Shown in pieces: positions 8,725-18,196 of a stretch of DNA of 50,610 bases (its first letter is position 1; each line of letters opens with the position of its first letter). The stretch comes from a virus (taxonomy: Duplodnaviria > Caudoviricetes), in IMG/VR virus record IMGVR_UViG_3300003406_000182, positions 1 through 50,610 of that record, one strand, 5' to 3'. Below the pieces are notes generated by a model that was not told the DNA's origin, did not search any database, and was given only the letters and a program-made list of their open reading frames with translations. A program made the position numbers and the translations under genes.

Positions 8725-9825
8725 ATGTCGGCTTCCAGCCAGAACTACGAACTTTGGGACACGAACCGATTCCTGGGCGTGTTCCGCGATATCAAGCCCG
8801 ATCCGCTCTACTGGACGCAGTGGTTCCCCTACGAACTGCGGTCGCAGGACGAGTGGATCGATTTCGAGAAGATGCCCATCCAGGGTCGCAAGCTCGCGCC
8901 GTTCGTCATGCCGCTCGCACGCGGCGCCTCGGTCTATGAGGATACGGCGACCGGGTATCGCTTCAAACCGGCTTACGTGAAGCTGGAAGATCAGATCGAC
9001 CCGCTCATGCCGCTTCGTCGTCGTGCCGGTATCGATCCGACCATGACGCAGATGCCCGTGCCTCTGCAGCCGGCGCAACGCCTCACGCTGATCCGCGCTG
9101 CGATGACCGAGAGCCATGTCCGCGCGATTCAGCGTCGGTGGAACTGGATGGCGGCAACGGCGCTGCGTGACGGCCAGGTCACGATCTCCGGCGAGAACTA
9201 TCCGGCCGTCCTCGTGGACTTCCAGCGCGCGTCGGGCCACACGATCACCCTTTCTTCGGGCGATCGCTTCGGCGACTCCAATGTCTCCATCGTCGATTTC
9301 TTCCAGCTGGTCATCGACCGGATGGCGACGGCGGACTTCGGCGGCGTTCCGGTGCGTGCGACCATGGGTGGCGGCGTGTGGGCCATCATGCGCAAGGATG
9401 CTGAGTTCAAGGAGCACCTGGATCTCAACATCAAGGGTGGCAACATCACCTACGAGCGCGGCCTGGTGACCGGCGAACCTGTGTTCAAGGCCGGCGAGAT
9501 GACGGTCGGCGGCGGCTCGGGCCAGACGATCGAACTGTGGGTGGACAACTCCACCTACGTCGATCCCGAGACCGGCTCGGCCACCCGCTACATCGCGAAC
9601 CACCAGATTCTGTTCACGTCCACGCCGGATGCGATCAACGGCACTCGTGCCTATGGCCGCATCATCGACCGTGCCGCGAATTGGGAGGCTCTTCCGATCT
9701 TCCCGAAGAATTGGGTGTCCCAGGGCGACGTGGAGGTCGAGTACATCACCCACAAGTCGGCGCCGCTCTACGTGCCGGTCAACCCGAACGCGACTCTTCT
9801 CGCGAACGTCATCGCGGCGTCCTGA
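8725..9825 (+). CDS. Major capsid protein (lambda gpE family)
   Basis: RKLAPFVMP, FKPAYVK and THKSAPLYVP motifs; AAGGAGG RBS before ATG 8725. Confidence 0.93.
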   Translation: MSASSQNYELWDTNRFLGVFRDIKPDPLYWTQWFPYELRSQDEWIDFEKMPIQGRKLAPFVMPLARGASVYEDTATGYRFKPAYVKLEDQIDPLMPLRRRAGIDPTMTQMPVPLQPAQRLTLIRAAMTESHVRAIQRRWNWMAATALRDGQVTISGENYPAVLVDFQRASGHTITLSSGDRFGDSNVSIVDFFQLVIDRMATADFGGVPVRATMGGGVWAIMRKDAEFKEHLDLNIKGGNITYERGLVTGEPVFKAGEMTVGGGSGQTIELWVDNSTYVDPETGSATRYIANHQILFTSTPDAINGTRAYGRIIDRAANWEALPIFPKNWVSQGDVEVEYITHKSAPLYVPVNPNATLLANVIAAS

Positions 9826-9846
9826 TCGCTGCGGTGAAGAAATCAT

Positions 9847-9871
9847 AGGGCAGCCCATTGAAGGCTGCCCT
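9847..9871 (+). terminator. Hairpin after the capsid gene
   Basis: AGGGCAGCC..GGCTGCCCT inverted repeat with a weak T tail. Confidence 0.4.
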
Positions 9872-9896
9872 TCCTCTAAAACGGGAGATCCCTGAA

Positions 9897-10256
9897 ATGA
9901 AACTCGGATACACGCTGCATTCCATCATCAGCGGCAAAAAGAACCTGCCGATCCATTCCGTCGAGGCGTTCAAGTCGGAAGATCACTCCGATCTGCTGAA
10001 GCTCGGTGCCATCCGCGCGCCCACGGAAGACGAACTCAAGCTCTACGAGATGACGCATCCGTCTGGCCGTCCTGCCGACAAGGGCGCGGACGAAGCCTCT
10101 GTCGCAGCGCAGAAGGCCGCGGCCAAGAAGGCTGCGGAGGAGGCCGAGAAAAAGGCCGCTGCCGAAGCTGCGGAGAAAGCCGCCGCACAGGTGGCCGAAC
10201 AGACGCCCTCCGAGCCGTCTGCCGATCCCGATGAGCAGGACGAAGCTCTCCTCTGA
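9897..10256 (+). CDS. Hypothetical protein in the lambda FI (DNA packaging accessory) position
   Basis: GGGAG RBS; LLKLGAIR motif followed by an Ala/Lys/Glu-rich tail. Confidence 0.65.
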   Translation: MKLGYTLHSIISGKKNLPIHSVEAFKSEDHSDLLKLGAIRAPTEDELKLYEMTHPSGRPADKGADEASVAAQKAAAKKAAEEAEKKAAAEAAEKAAAQVAEQTPSEPSADPDEQDEALL

Positions 10257-10663
10257 TGGCCGCATGGCGCGACATGAAAGCGAAGGGTCTCGGTGACATT
10301 CACCGGACCTTCCAGATTCCGGCAGTGTACCTGACGCACACTGCCGGAACGCCTGTTCGCGTGAACGTGCGTCTTCATCAGGCCCCCCGCGTCTCCCAGG
10401 TGCAGGCGGAAGCATGGGCCGACGCGGGTCGACTCCTGGATGAGAGCGACAATATCGTTTTCGATCTTGCAGAACTCTCAACCATTCTCCCCAAGGCATA
10501 TGTCATCTTCGGAAACTCCGAGGCATACCTGACCGGCCCGAGCCGGCCAGCGCGCGACGGCTACCAGATCGTCGATGTCACCGTGGTTTCCCAAGCTGAT
10601 CTTACTACGCTTCTCGCCGCCGTCGATACGACCGGCGCGACGTGGGCGGGCGTGCTGACATGA
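10256..10663 (+). CDS. Head-tail joining protein (FII-like position)
   Basis: Coupled TGATG start; position after the capsid genes. Confidence 0.65.
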   Translation: MAAWRDMKAKGLGDIHRTFQIPAVYLTHTAGTPVRVNVRLHQAPRVSQVQAEAWADAGRLLDESDNIVFDLAELSTILPKAYVIFGNSEAYLTGPSRPARDGYQIVDVTVVSQADLTTLLAAVDTTGATWAGVLT

Positions 10664-11274
10664 GCGGAGCCGTCATCGTCGTTGAATTCAGCCAGGCTCC
10701 CTTCATCACGGAGATGACGCCTACCGTCAGCACGGCGCTGACTCGCGCGTTGAACAAGACAGCAGATCGATCCCGCACGCGCTTTGCGCGCGCCGTCCGT
10801 GAGCAGGTGGCGTTTCCCGCCTCCTATGTCTCGCCCTCGAACAAGCGCCTGTGGGTCAAGACGCGGGCGCGCAACGGCGCTTTCACTACAGTCATCGAAG
10901 GCCGCGGCTCGGCAACCTCGCTTGCACGCTTCACGCGTCAGAAGCCGCTCGCCGGTGGTCGCCGTCACAAGGGCGGACAGGTGAATGTCACCGTCAAGCC
11001 CGGTGCATCGAAGACGATCAATCGCGCCTTCCTCGTCCGTCTGCGGAACAACAACATCGGGCTCGCCGTCCGTACTGACGGGCCGGCTCCGTCGCGCGCG
11101 TACAAGCCCAAGCCCTTCGGCAAGAACTTGTGGCTTCTCTACGGACCGTCCGTTGATCAGGCCCTCAGCGCGGCATCGATCGATGGCGGCATCTATGAGG
11201 AGATGACACCGGAAATGCTCGATTTCCTCGGGCAGGAGTTCGACCGTCAGATGGAGTTGCTTGAAAATGGCTGA
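10660..11274 (+). CDS. Minor tail / neck protein (lambda gpZ-like)
   Basis: Basic protein with RALNKTA..R, ATSLARF and LYGPSVDQ motifs. Confidence 0.8.
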   Translation: MSGAVIVVEFSQAPFITEMTPTVSTALTRALNKTADRSRTRFARAVREQVAFPASYVSPSNKRLWVKTRARNGAFTTVIEGRGSATSLARFTRQKPLAGGRRHKGGQVNVTVKPGASKTINRAFLVRLRNNNIGLAVRTDGPAPSRAYKPKPFGKNLWLLYGPSVDQALSAASIDGGIYEEMTPEMLDFLGQEFDRQMELLENG

Positions 11275-11794
11275 TCCGTTCCGCCTTCGCATCATGAAAG
11301 CGATCACCGCGCAGCTCAAGACCATTTCGCCCGCTAACGGCTACACGCAGGATATGTCGGATTACATCGACAGTGCCGGTCGGTCCGCGGAGCGGGTTTC
11401 GCGCGGTCGCACTATCTTTGGCGACAACGATCCATTGCCCATGCTTGCCCTGCTGGAAAACCCTCGCATGGAAGATGTCGGCAACGGTGCGACCAGTTCG
11501 GATCAAGCCCTGAACCAGTTCGGCGTTTTGATCCAGGGTTTCGTGCCAGACGATAAGTCACATCCGCTCGATCCAGCCTACAACCTGGCCGCCGAGGTTG
11601 TTGCGGCGATGGTGAAGGCGAAGAAGGATCGTTACAACATCCTCGGGCTTGGCGGTACGAGCCCTTGCGTCATGGCCCTCTCCATCGGGCAGCCGATTCA
11701 TCGTCCGCCCGACGATGATGTTTCCGCCGTCACATATTTTCTGGTTCCGGTGACCCTCACCATCGCAGAAAATCTGGAGACACCTTTCGCTTGA
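11267..11794 (+). CDS. Tail terminator-like protein
   Basis: LKTISPANGY..D, RGR..FGD.DPLP and HPLDPAY motifs; lies just before the tail tube gene. Confidence 0.7.
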   Translation: MADPFRLRIMKAITAQLKTISPANGYTQDMSDYIDSAGRSAERVSRGRTIFGDNDPLPMLALLENPRMEDVGNGATSSDQALNQFGVLIQGFVPDDKSHPLDPAYNLAAEVVAAMVKAKKDRYNILGLGGTSPCVMALSIGQPIHRPPDDDVSAVTYFLVPVTLTIAENLETPFA

Positions 11795-11823
11795 AGCAAA
11801 ATCACGCTATACGTGATAATCAC
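11791..11823 (+). promoter_or_regulatory. Promoter with TCAC-N7-GTGA box upstream of the major tail gene
   Basis: TTGAAG..aTCACgctatacGTGAtaaTCAC. Confidence 0.5.
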
Positions 11824-11840
11824 TAAAAGGAGAAGCCATA

Positions 11841-12626
11841 ATGGATACGACTTCCAAAAATCTGACGGTGCCGCGTGGGAAGATTTTCTTCGCGAAGTAC
11901 AAGAGTGGGACGCAGACACCCGGCCCGATGCGCGAGCTTGGCAACTGCCCCGAGTTCACCCTGACGCGAAACTCGGACACCCTGCAGCATTTCTCGTCGC
12001 AGGCCGGCCTCAAGGAGCAGGACGACGAAATCGCCATCGCGTCGACGCTCACCGGTGCCCTGACCACCGATGACATCAAATCCGAAAACATCGCCTATTT
12101 TTTCATGGGCGATGTGGGAAACATCACGGTAACCTCCCTGACGGCTCAGGTGGACACGTATCTCGACACGAAGACGGGTGACAGCTTCCAGATCGGACGC
12201 AGTGATTCGAATCCTTCCGGTCATCGGAAGTTGACGATCACCACCGTCACGGACGGGGCGGCAAGCTCTCCCGCCACTCTCGTTGCGGACACGGATTACA
12301 CCGTTGACGCCGACCTTGGCATTATCACCATGCTCACGGATCAGGCGAAGGTGGAAATCACCTATGACGTGGCGGCTTCCACTCGCGAGCAGATCGTCGC
12401 TGGTGACAACCAGATCGAGGGTGAACTGAAGTTCGTCTCCTTCAATGCGGTCGGCGCGCAGGGTGACATCACGATACCTCGTGCGCGATTGGCGCCGAAC
12501 GGTGACTTCGCCCTCGTCAACGACCCTGGCTCGACGGCGTATCAGACGATGCCGTTGACCATCACCGCTCTCAAGAAGGGCAATCTGGCGCTCGCCTATC
12601 GCGATGGGCGAGCAGTTACCTCGTAA
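11841..12626 (+). CDS. Major tail tube protein
   Basis: RGKIFFA, RELGNCPEF.LT and L.PNGDFAL motifs; AAGGAG RBS. Confidence 0.85.
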   Translation: MDTTSKNLTVPRGKIFFAKYKSGTQTPGPMRELGNCPEFTLTRNSDTLQHFSSQAGLKEQDDEIAIASTLTGALTTDDIKSENIAYFFMGDVGNITVTSLTAQVDTYLDTKTGDSFQIGRSDSNPSGHRKLTITTVTDGAASSPATLVADTDYTVDADLGIITMLTDQAKVEITYDVAASTREQIVAGDNQIEGELKFVSFNAVGAQGDITIPRARLAPNGDFALVNDPGSTAYQTMPLTITALKKGNLALAYRDGRAVTS

Positions 12627-12635
12627 GGAGCGATC

Positions 12636-13052
12636 ATGAATCAGTTGGAGACGCTGATTATCCCGACCGAGACCGTGGAGTTTGGAGACCAGTCCTTCGA
12701 ACTTCGCGGCCTCGCCCTTCCCGACATCACCTTCATCGTTCGCCATCATCGCGCAACCTTGTCGAGGCTCTACACGGAAGCCATCGAAGGCAAGCTCGAA
12801 GGCAGCGTCAACGAGATCGCGATGTCGATGCTGGATGATTTCGCCCCGCTCGCCGGCATGGTGATTGCCTGTGCGATGGATTCGCCAGGTCATGCCGACA
12901 AGGTGATGAAGTTGCCGCTCGCCTTTCAGGCCGATGCGCTTGAGAAGATCGTGCGGCTGACATTGGTGGGCGAAAACGCACTGGAAAAACTGATGGAGAT
13001 CGTCGTTCGGGCGGTTCAGGGCACGGCAGTCCTGACCTCCCCGAGAACCTGA
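12636..13052 (+). CDS. Tail assembly chaperone (G-like)
   Basis: Between tail tube and tape measure genes; contains a slippery GGAAAAAC. Confidence 0.85.
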   Translation: MNQLETLIIPTETVEFGDQSFELRGLALPDITFIVRHHRATLSRLYTEAIEGKLEGSVNEIAMSMLDDFAPLAGMVIACAMDSPGHADKVMKLPLAFQADALEKIVRLTLVGENALEKLMEIVVRAVQGTAVLTSPRT

Positions 13053-13315
13053 CAGCGTGGGTAGAGGGTGTCCATCGCCAGATCAGCCTATTGCTCGATC
13101 ATGGTCACCCCAACGCTCTTTCCTACCCCGTCTGGCTGGTTTTTGTAGAAGCTGATTTCGTGGTCCGGCGCATAAACGCTCACCTGGCCATACAGACATC
13201 TCTCCTGCAAATGGCGCTCTCCAGTATTCCGAACATGAGCGTGAAGCCCGCGGGCACAAAGAAAACCGCCACGGATTTGTCTGAGATTCTGAAAGGCATG
13301 ATCGATGGCCGGTAG
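12983..13315 (+). CDS. Tail assembly chaperone extension (GT-like) reached by -1 frameshift
   Basis: The -1 frame is open from GGAAAAAC (12983-12990) through 13091 to the stop at 13315 (..WVEGVHRQISLLLDHGHPNALSYP..). Confidence 0.8.
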   Translation, partial: GKTDGDRRSGGSGHGSPDLPENLTAWVEGVHRQISLLLDHGHPNALSYPVWLVFVEADFVVRRINAHLAIQTSLLQMALSSIPNMSVKPAGTKKTATDLSEILKGMIDGR

Positions 13316-16300
13316 CCGGGAACGGGTAGTCGAATTTGCCGTCAAGGCACGCGACGAATATTCGACAGTCCTCAAGAATTTGGAGCGGCAGCAGAACAAG
13401 CTTTCTGCTGCCGCGAAGGCTGCGAATCGCCGTGCTGTGGTCGGCGCGGCCCAAGGCGACGTTGACGCCGCGCTTGCCAATTACAAGCGCCTGACCTCCG
13501 AGGTCGACCGCTACAACAAGGTCTTGGCGGACGGTCGCCGCAACTTCACACTCGCCGATGCAGAGCTTGAAGAACTTGCCTCCACGATCAAGCTGACGCG
13601 CGACCGTGCGCGCGAAGCTGCCGATGCATATCAGCAGAAGCGGGCTGCGCTGGCGCAACTGACGGGCACCACGAATAGCGGCATCGCGGCTCTCACGCGC
13701 CTGACTGTTGCCACGCGGCAGGGTGTCACGGCCGGCATCGAACAGTCCGCTGCGGTGGCAGGCGAAGTCACCCAACTGAAGAAACTTGAGACCGGTTCTC
13801 GGACGGCTGCGACCGCGCAAGGGCTGCTGAAAAAGCAAACGGACATCACCACAGTCTCGCTTCTGCGTCAGCGCAGCGCGGGCAACATAAAGGGTGAAGG
13901 CCAGGCCGTTGCCGCGTTCGGGTTGAAGCCGTACCAGCTTACCAATCTCGGCTATCAGGTAAATGACGTGGTGTCCGGTCTTGCCATGGGGCAGCGGCCG
14001 ATACAGATCCTCGCGCAGCAGGCGGGTCAGTTCGTCCAGATATGGCCGGGCATGATGTCGGTGCTCGCGCGCTCGATTCCTCAAATCGCACTGTTCACTG
14101 CCGTTCTCACGCCTTTCATCGTGGCGGCCTCGCGTCTGCACACGTTCAACGAATCCATCCGCATCTTCACGCAGCAACTCACGCTGTCGGCCGATGGCGC
14201 GCAGTACAGCGCGGAAGAACTCGCCAAACTCACCGACAAAATGGACAAGTTTGGCTATTCGACCAAGAATGCCCGCGCTACGCTTCTCCAGTTCGTCAGC
14301 GCGGGGATCTCGCAGAAGAACTTCGAACCACTTGCCCGCATGGCGCAAGACCTGTCGAATTTCAGCGGTGAGAAGATCGAAGACGCCGGCAAGCGGCTTT
14401 CCGAGGCGTTCAGCGGTTCGGTCGATGGCGTCATCAAACTCGACAGCGAACTTGGCTTCCTGAGCGCCGAGCAGTTGAAGTCGATCAAGGTGATGAGAGA
14501 TTCCGGCCATAGTGCCGACGCCTTGAGCTTTGCGCAGGCGGTATTGCAGGGCAAACTTGCCGCGACCCGTGAGGAAACGGGTCCGTGGGGTGATGCGGTC
14601 AATGACCTGTCGAAGGCATGGGGCAACCTGGTCACGACAATTCAGGATTCGGGGGTCATCACCCTTGGCGCAGTGGCGCTTAAGAGTCTTGGCTTCGCGG
14701 CTAAAAATGCTGCGGCTCTCATCAAGGGTGCGTCCAACGTCCTGGATCACGGTTCCGTGTTCGATCAGGGAACACCCACGGCGCAGTTGCAAAACCAACT
14801 CGCTGCCATCCAGCAGTCGATCGCCATAGAAAAAGCTCTCCGTTCCAGTGGCATGAGTTCCGGGTCGGCCGGTATGTCTGGCGAAGACACGCTCAAAAAT
14901 CTGGAAGACCAGCAACAAGCCTTGGCGCTCATGCTTGCCTCACGCCGTGAGGAAGTCACGGCGATCAAGGAAGGAACAGAAGCTCAACAGGCTTCGGCTG
15001 ATGAGACAGAGCGCGCCAAAAAGGCTCGTGATGCCGTTCAGGAAGTGCTCGACAAACAGATTTCCGATCTCGACCGCGAGGCCAGGCAAGTAAGCGAGAC
15101 TGCGCGCCAACGCTATATTGAGAACGAGTACCTGAAGGCGAAGAACGCTGCGCTTGAAAAGGCCAAATCGCTCAACCAGGATATCCTCGGGCTGACGGAA
15201 CAGCAGGCGAAGGCCGTCCGTGACGCTGCGGCGGTCTCTTACGACAAGGCGCATCCGAATTACGAGGCACAGTACACCGCGCAGCGGAACAGCCCGGATG
15301 GCGCGCAGATGCGCGAGCTGGTCGCTGGTGTTGCCACGATAGCAGATAGGCTCCATCTCAGCGCCAAGGATCTGTTGACGGCCATCTCCTACGAGACAAA
15401 GGGCACGTTCAACCCGTCGATCAGGGGCGGCGCCGGCAATAAGTATGTCGGGCTGTTCCAGGCCAGTCCCGACGTTCAGGCGAAATACGGCATCGATCAA
15501 AATTCATCGATCACCAAGCAGCTTGAGGCCATGGCGAAGTACCTGGTCGACGCTGGCGTTAAGGCCGGCGACGGCCTGCTGCAAATCTACGCCGCCATCA
15601 ACGCGGGCAGTGCAAAGAAAACAGGTGCCTCCGATGAGAAGAACGGCGGCGCTCCTGGCACGGTGCTCGACAAGGTGTCCGAGCAGATGGGCGATCACGA
15701 GGCCAAGGCGCAGGCACTGCTCGCTGCATATGCCGGCATCGCTGAGCAGGCCAAGAAAACTGCCGAATATGAGAAGGACTTCAAAGAGCGCACGGATGCT
15801 GCGCAGCGGCAACTCGATCTAAAGACACAAGAGACCCGCGAAGCTGCGATAGCGCAGGCTATCGGCGCCGAGGAGGCGCGCGCCAAAAAGCAGGGCGTGG
15901 AACTCACCAAACAGCAACTCGATCTCATCCGTCAGACGACCGGCGCTCTGTTCGATCGGGCTCATGCGGACGATCAGGTCAACAGTCTCGTCAAGCAGCG
16001 GAGCGCGCTCTTCGAGAGCCTCCAGATCGCACAGCAGGTTGGCGATCAGGCGAAGGTGGCCGATCTCATCCCGAAGATCCAGGATGTCGAAAAGCAACTT
16101 GAGAGCGCCATCCCCGCAGCCATCGCGTTCTGGCAAGCCATCGGAGGCGCTACGGCCGATCAGGAGATAGCGCACCTGCAACAGTTGCAGGATACCCTGG
16201 GCAAGACGATCCAGGCCATCGACAAGAAGTTCCTGCCCACGGCGATCGACCTCAACGAGCGACTGGCCGACGTGGGCGCCAATGCGTTCGACAAGATGGC

Positions 16301-16838
16301 GCAGGCGATTGCCAACGGCGAAAATGCGGCGCAGGCATTCTTCGACGCGCTGCGTCAGGGACTGGCCGACTTCCTGATCGAGATCGGCAAGGCCATCATC
16401 AAGCAGGCCATCTTCAATGCGATCTCGGGCGGCTCGGCGGCAGGTGGGTCGGGCGGCATAGGCGGGTCGATCGTCAGTGCTATTGCCAGCATCTTCCACG
16501 GTGGCGGTGTTGTCGGTCGGTCGGCCGCACCCATGCGCATGGTCAATCCTGCCATCTTCGCCAATGCGCAGCGCTTCCACAGCGGCGGCATCATGGGCCT
16601 GAAGCCAAACGAAGTTCCTGTGATCGCCGAAGTGGGTGAGGAAATGCTTACTTCCAGTGATCCCCGCCATTCGAGAAACGGTGGCGGTCGAGGCGGCGCG
16701 GTCAACGTGAAGAACGTCAATGTGTTTGACGCTTCGGAGGTTCTGGAGGCGGCGCTTGCGACGACGGCCGGTGAGCGTGTCATCGTCAACTGGATCAGCA
16801 GGAATCCGGCGAAGGTGAACCTCGCGCTCAGCAGTTAG
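13305..16838 (+). CDS. Tape measure protein with an internal lysozyme-like domain
   Basis: 1177-aa helical protein; LGYQVNDVVSGLAMGQ.P..ILAQQ lambda-type TMP motif; ISYET.GTFNP..YVGLFQ domain; C-terminal FHGGG/FHSGG. Confidence 0.93.
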   Translation: MAGSRERVVEFAVKARDEYSTVLKNLERQQNKLSAAAKAANRRAVVGAAQGDVDAALANYKRLTSEVDRYNKVLADGRRNFTLADAELEELASTIKLTRDRAREAADAYQQKRAALAQLTGTTNSGIAALTRLTVATRQGVTAGIEQSAAVAGEVTQLKKLETGSRTAATAQGLLKKQTDITTVSLLRQRSAGNIKGEGQAVAAFGLKPYQLTNLGYQVNDVVSGLAMGQRPIQILAQQAGQFVQIWPGMMSVLARSIPQIALFTAVLTPFIVAASRLHTFNESIRIFTQQLTLSADGAQYSAEELAKLTDKMDKFGYSTKNARATLLQFVSAGISQKNFEPLARMAQDLSNFSGEKIEDAGKRLSEAFSGSVDGVIKLDSELGFLSAEQLKSIKVMRDSGHSADALSFAQAVLQGKLAATREETGPWGDAVNDLSKAWGNLVTTIQDSGVITLGAVALKSLGFAAKNAAALIKGASNVLDHGSVFDQGTPTAQLQNQLAAIQQSIAIEKALRSSGMSSGSAGMSGEDTLKNLEDQQQALALMLASRREEVTAIKEGTEAQQASADETERAKKARDAVQEVLDKQISDLDREARQVSETARQRYIENEYLKAKNAALEKAKSLNQDILGLTEQQAKAVRDAAAVSYDKAHPNYEAQYTAQRNSPDGAQMRELVAGVATIADRLHLSAKDLLTAISYETKGTFNPSIRGGAGNKYVGLFQASPDVQAKYGIDQNSSITKQLEAMAKYLVDAGVKAGDGLLQIYAAINAGSAKKTGASDEKNGGAPGTVLDKVSEQMGDHEAKAQALLAAYAGIAEQAKKTAEYEKDFKERTDAAQRQLDLKTQETREAAIAQAIGAEEARAKKQGVELTKQQLDLIRQTTGALFDRAHADDQVNSLVKQRSALFESLQIAQQVGDQAKVADLIPKIQDVEKQLESAIPAAIAFWQAIGGATADQEIAHLQQLQDTLGKTIQAIDKKFLPTAIDLNERLADVGANAFDKMAQAIANGENAAQAFFDALRQGLADFLIEIGKAIIKQAIFNAISGGSAAGGSGGIGGSIVSAIASIFHGGGVVGRSAAPMRMVNPAIFANAQRFHSGGIMGLKPNEVPVIAEVGEEMLTSSDPRHSRNGGGRGGAVNVKNVNVFDASEVLEAALATTAGERVIVNWISRNPAKVNLALSS

Positions 16839-16894
16839 AGGTTGCTCATTTTCACGTTTAACGGTAATCTCACGCGAATACGTGAAGGTTTCGA

Positions 16895-18196
16895 ATGACC
16901 GTTTTTCTCCCCATTGTCCCCAACTGGCAGAACGGCGTTCGGGACGTTTACGAGTTCAAGACGAACGTCTTCACCGCCAGGGACGGCAGTGAGCAACGAC
17001 GCTCGGATCGAATTCAGCCTCGCCGATCGATTTCCGCCGCCGTGCTATTGGATGGCGACCGCCAGCGGATCTTCGCGCAGACGATCAACCTAGCGAAAGA
17101 CGGCAAGGTTGAAATCGCCGATTTCTCGGCGGATGGAGCGATTCTCCAGGTGACTGTCGCCGATGGCGCCACGGTTCTTTCGGTCGACCGCATACCACCG
17201 TGGCTGATAAACGGCATTGATTGCGTCATCCTGACCGGTAGGCGTGCACAAAAAGTCAGCGTCGATTTCATTTCGGGAACACAGATCGCGCTCGATCCGG
17301 GCGTGGTTGGCGCAGTGGGGCAGGGAGCGCAACTTCTCCCACTCCTCCCGGCGTCGATGGCGACGAGCAGCACGCTCTCCATGTACACGACGCTCATTTC
17401 GACCTCTGCCCTGACCCTCGAAATAGAGCCCGGAACGATTGTCAGGGAAGCGGACGATCTTCCGTTCGACGATAGTCCCGATTCGGAAACGACGCAGGTC
17501 TTTGGGCCGGCCGGCATCTTCTACGGTCGGTACGCGCTGTTGCGGAAGCCCAACTATCTTCAGCAACCTCAGATGTCATTCCTGGTGCCCTATCAGACGG
17601 TGGACTATGACCGCGGCGTCACGAAGACCTTCGCTCCTGTTCCCATCATCTCTCGCACGCTGACGGCCACCTACCTGGCACTCACCCATGCGGATGCCAT
17701 GTCGATCCTCGACGTGTTCGTGCGCTGCAAAGGCAGGGCAGGGGAGATATACGTGCCGACGTGGGGTCACGATCTGCCCTCCATTGTGAGCGTCAGCGGA
17801 AGTGCCCTGGTCGTCGAAGGTACGGCCTTCAACGATGCCTACGCAGGAGATTTGGCGCACAAGACGCTGCTGGTTCGCACGAAGGACGGCACCCTCCTGC
17901 CGAGGCAGATCACGAGCATGGCGGCTGCCGGTGGCAACACGACCATCAACGTCGACACTGCCTTCGGTATCGGAGCCTCTGACATCGATCATGTCTCGTG
18001 GATGTACGTGGCTCGCTTCGCGCAGGACGCGCTCACGATCGAGTGGCTGACCAACGGCAAGGCCAACATTGCGCTCTCTTTCACCACGTTGGAGAATTTG
18101 AGTGCCGAGGACAATTTCGGGAATAACTGGATACTCGCCACAGGCTACTGGCGTGACGGCGGCATCTGGCAAGATGCTTCAGCGTGGGAGGACTGA
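16895..18196 (+). CDS. Distal tail / minor tail protein
   Basis: PNW..GV...YEFKT.V....DGSEQR motif directly after the tape measure gene. Confidence 0.75.
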   Translation: MTVFLPIVPNWQNGVRDVYEFKTNVFTARDGSEQRRSDRIQPRRSISAAVLLDGDRQRIFAQTINLAKDGKVEIADFSADGAILQVTVADGATVLSVDRIPPWLINGIDCVILTGRRAQKVSVDFISGTQIALDPGVVGAVGQGAQLLPLLPASMATSSTLSMYTTLISTSALTLEIEPGTIVREADDLPFDDSPDSETTQVFGPAGIFYGRYALLRKPNYLQQPQMSFLVPYQTVDYDRGVTKTFAPVPIISRTLTATYLALTHADAMSILDVFVRCKGRAGEIYVPTWGHDLPSIVSVSGSALVVEGTAFNDAYAGDLAHKTLLVRTKDGTLLPRQITSMAAAGGNTTINVDTAFGIGASDIDHVSWMYVARFAQDALTIEWLTNGKANIALSFTTLENLSAEDNFGNNWILATGYWRDGGIWQDASAWED

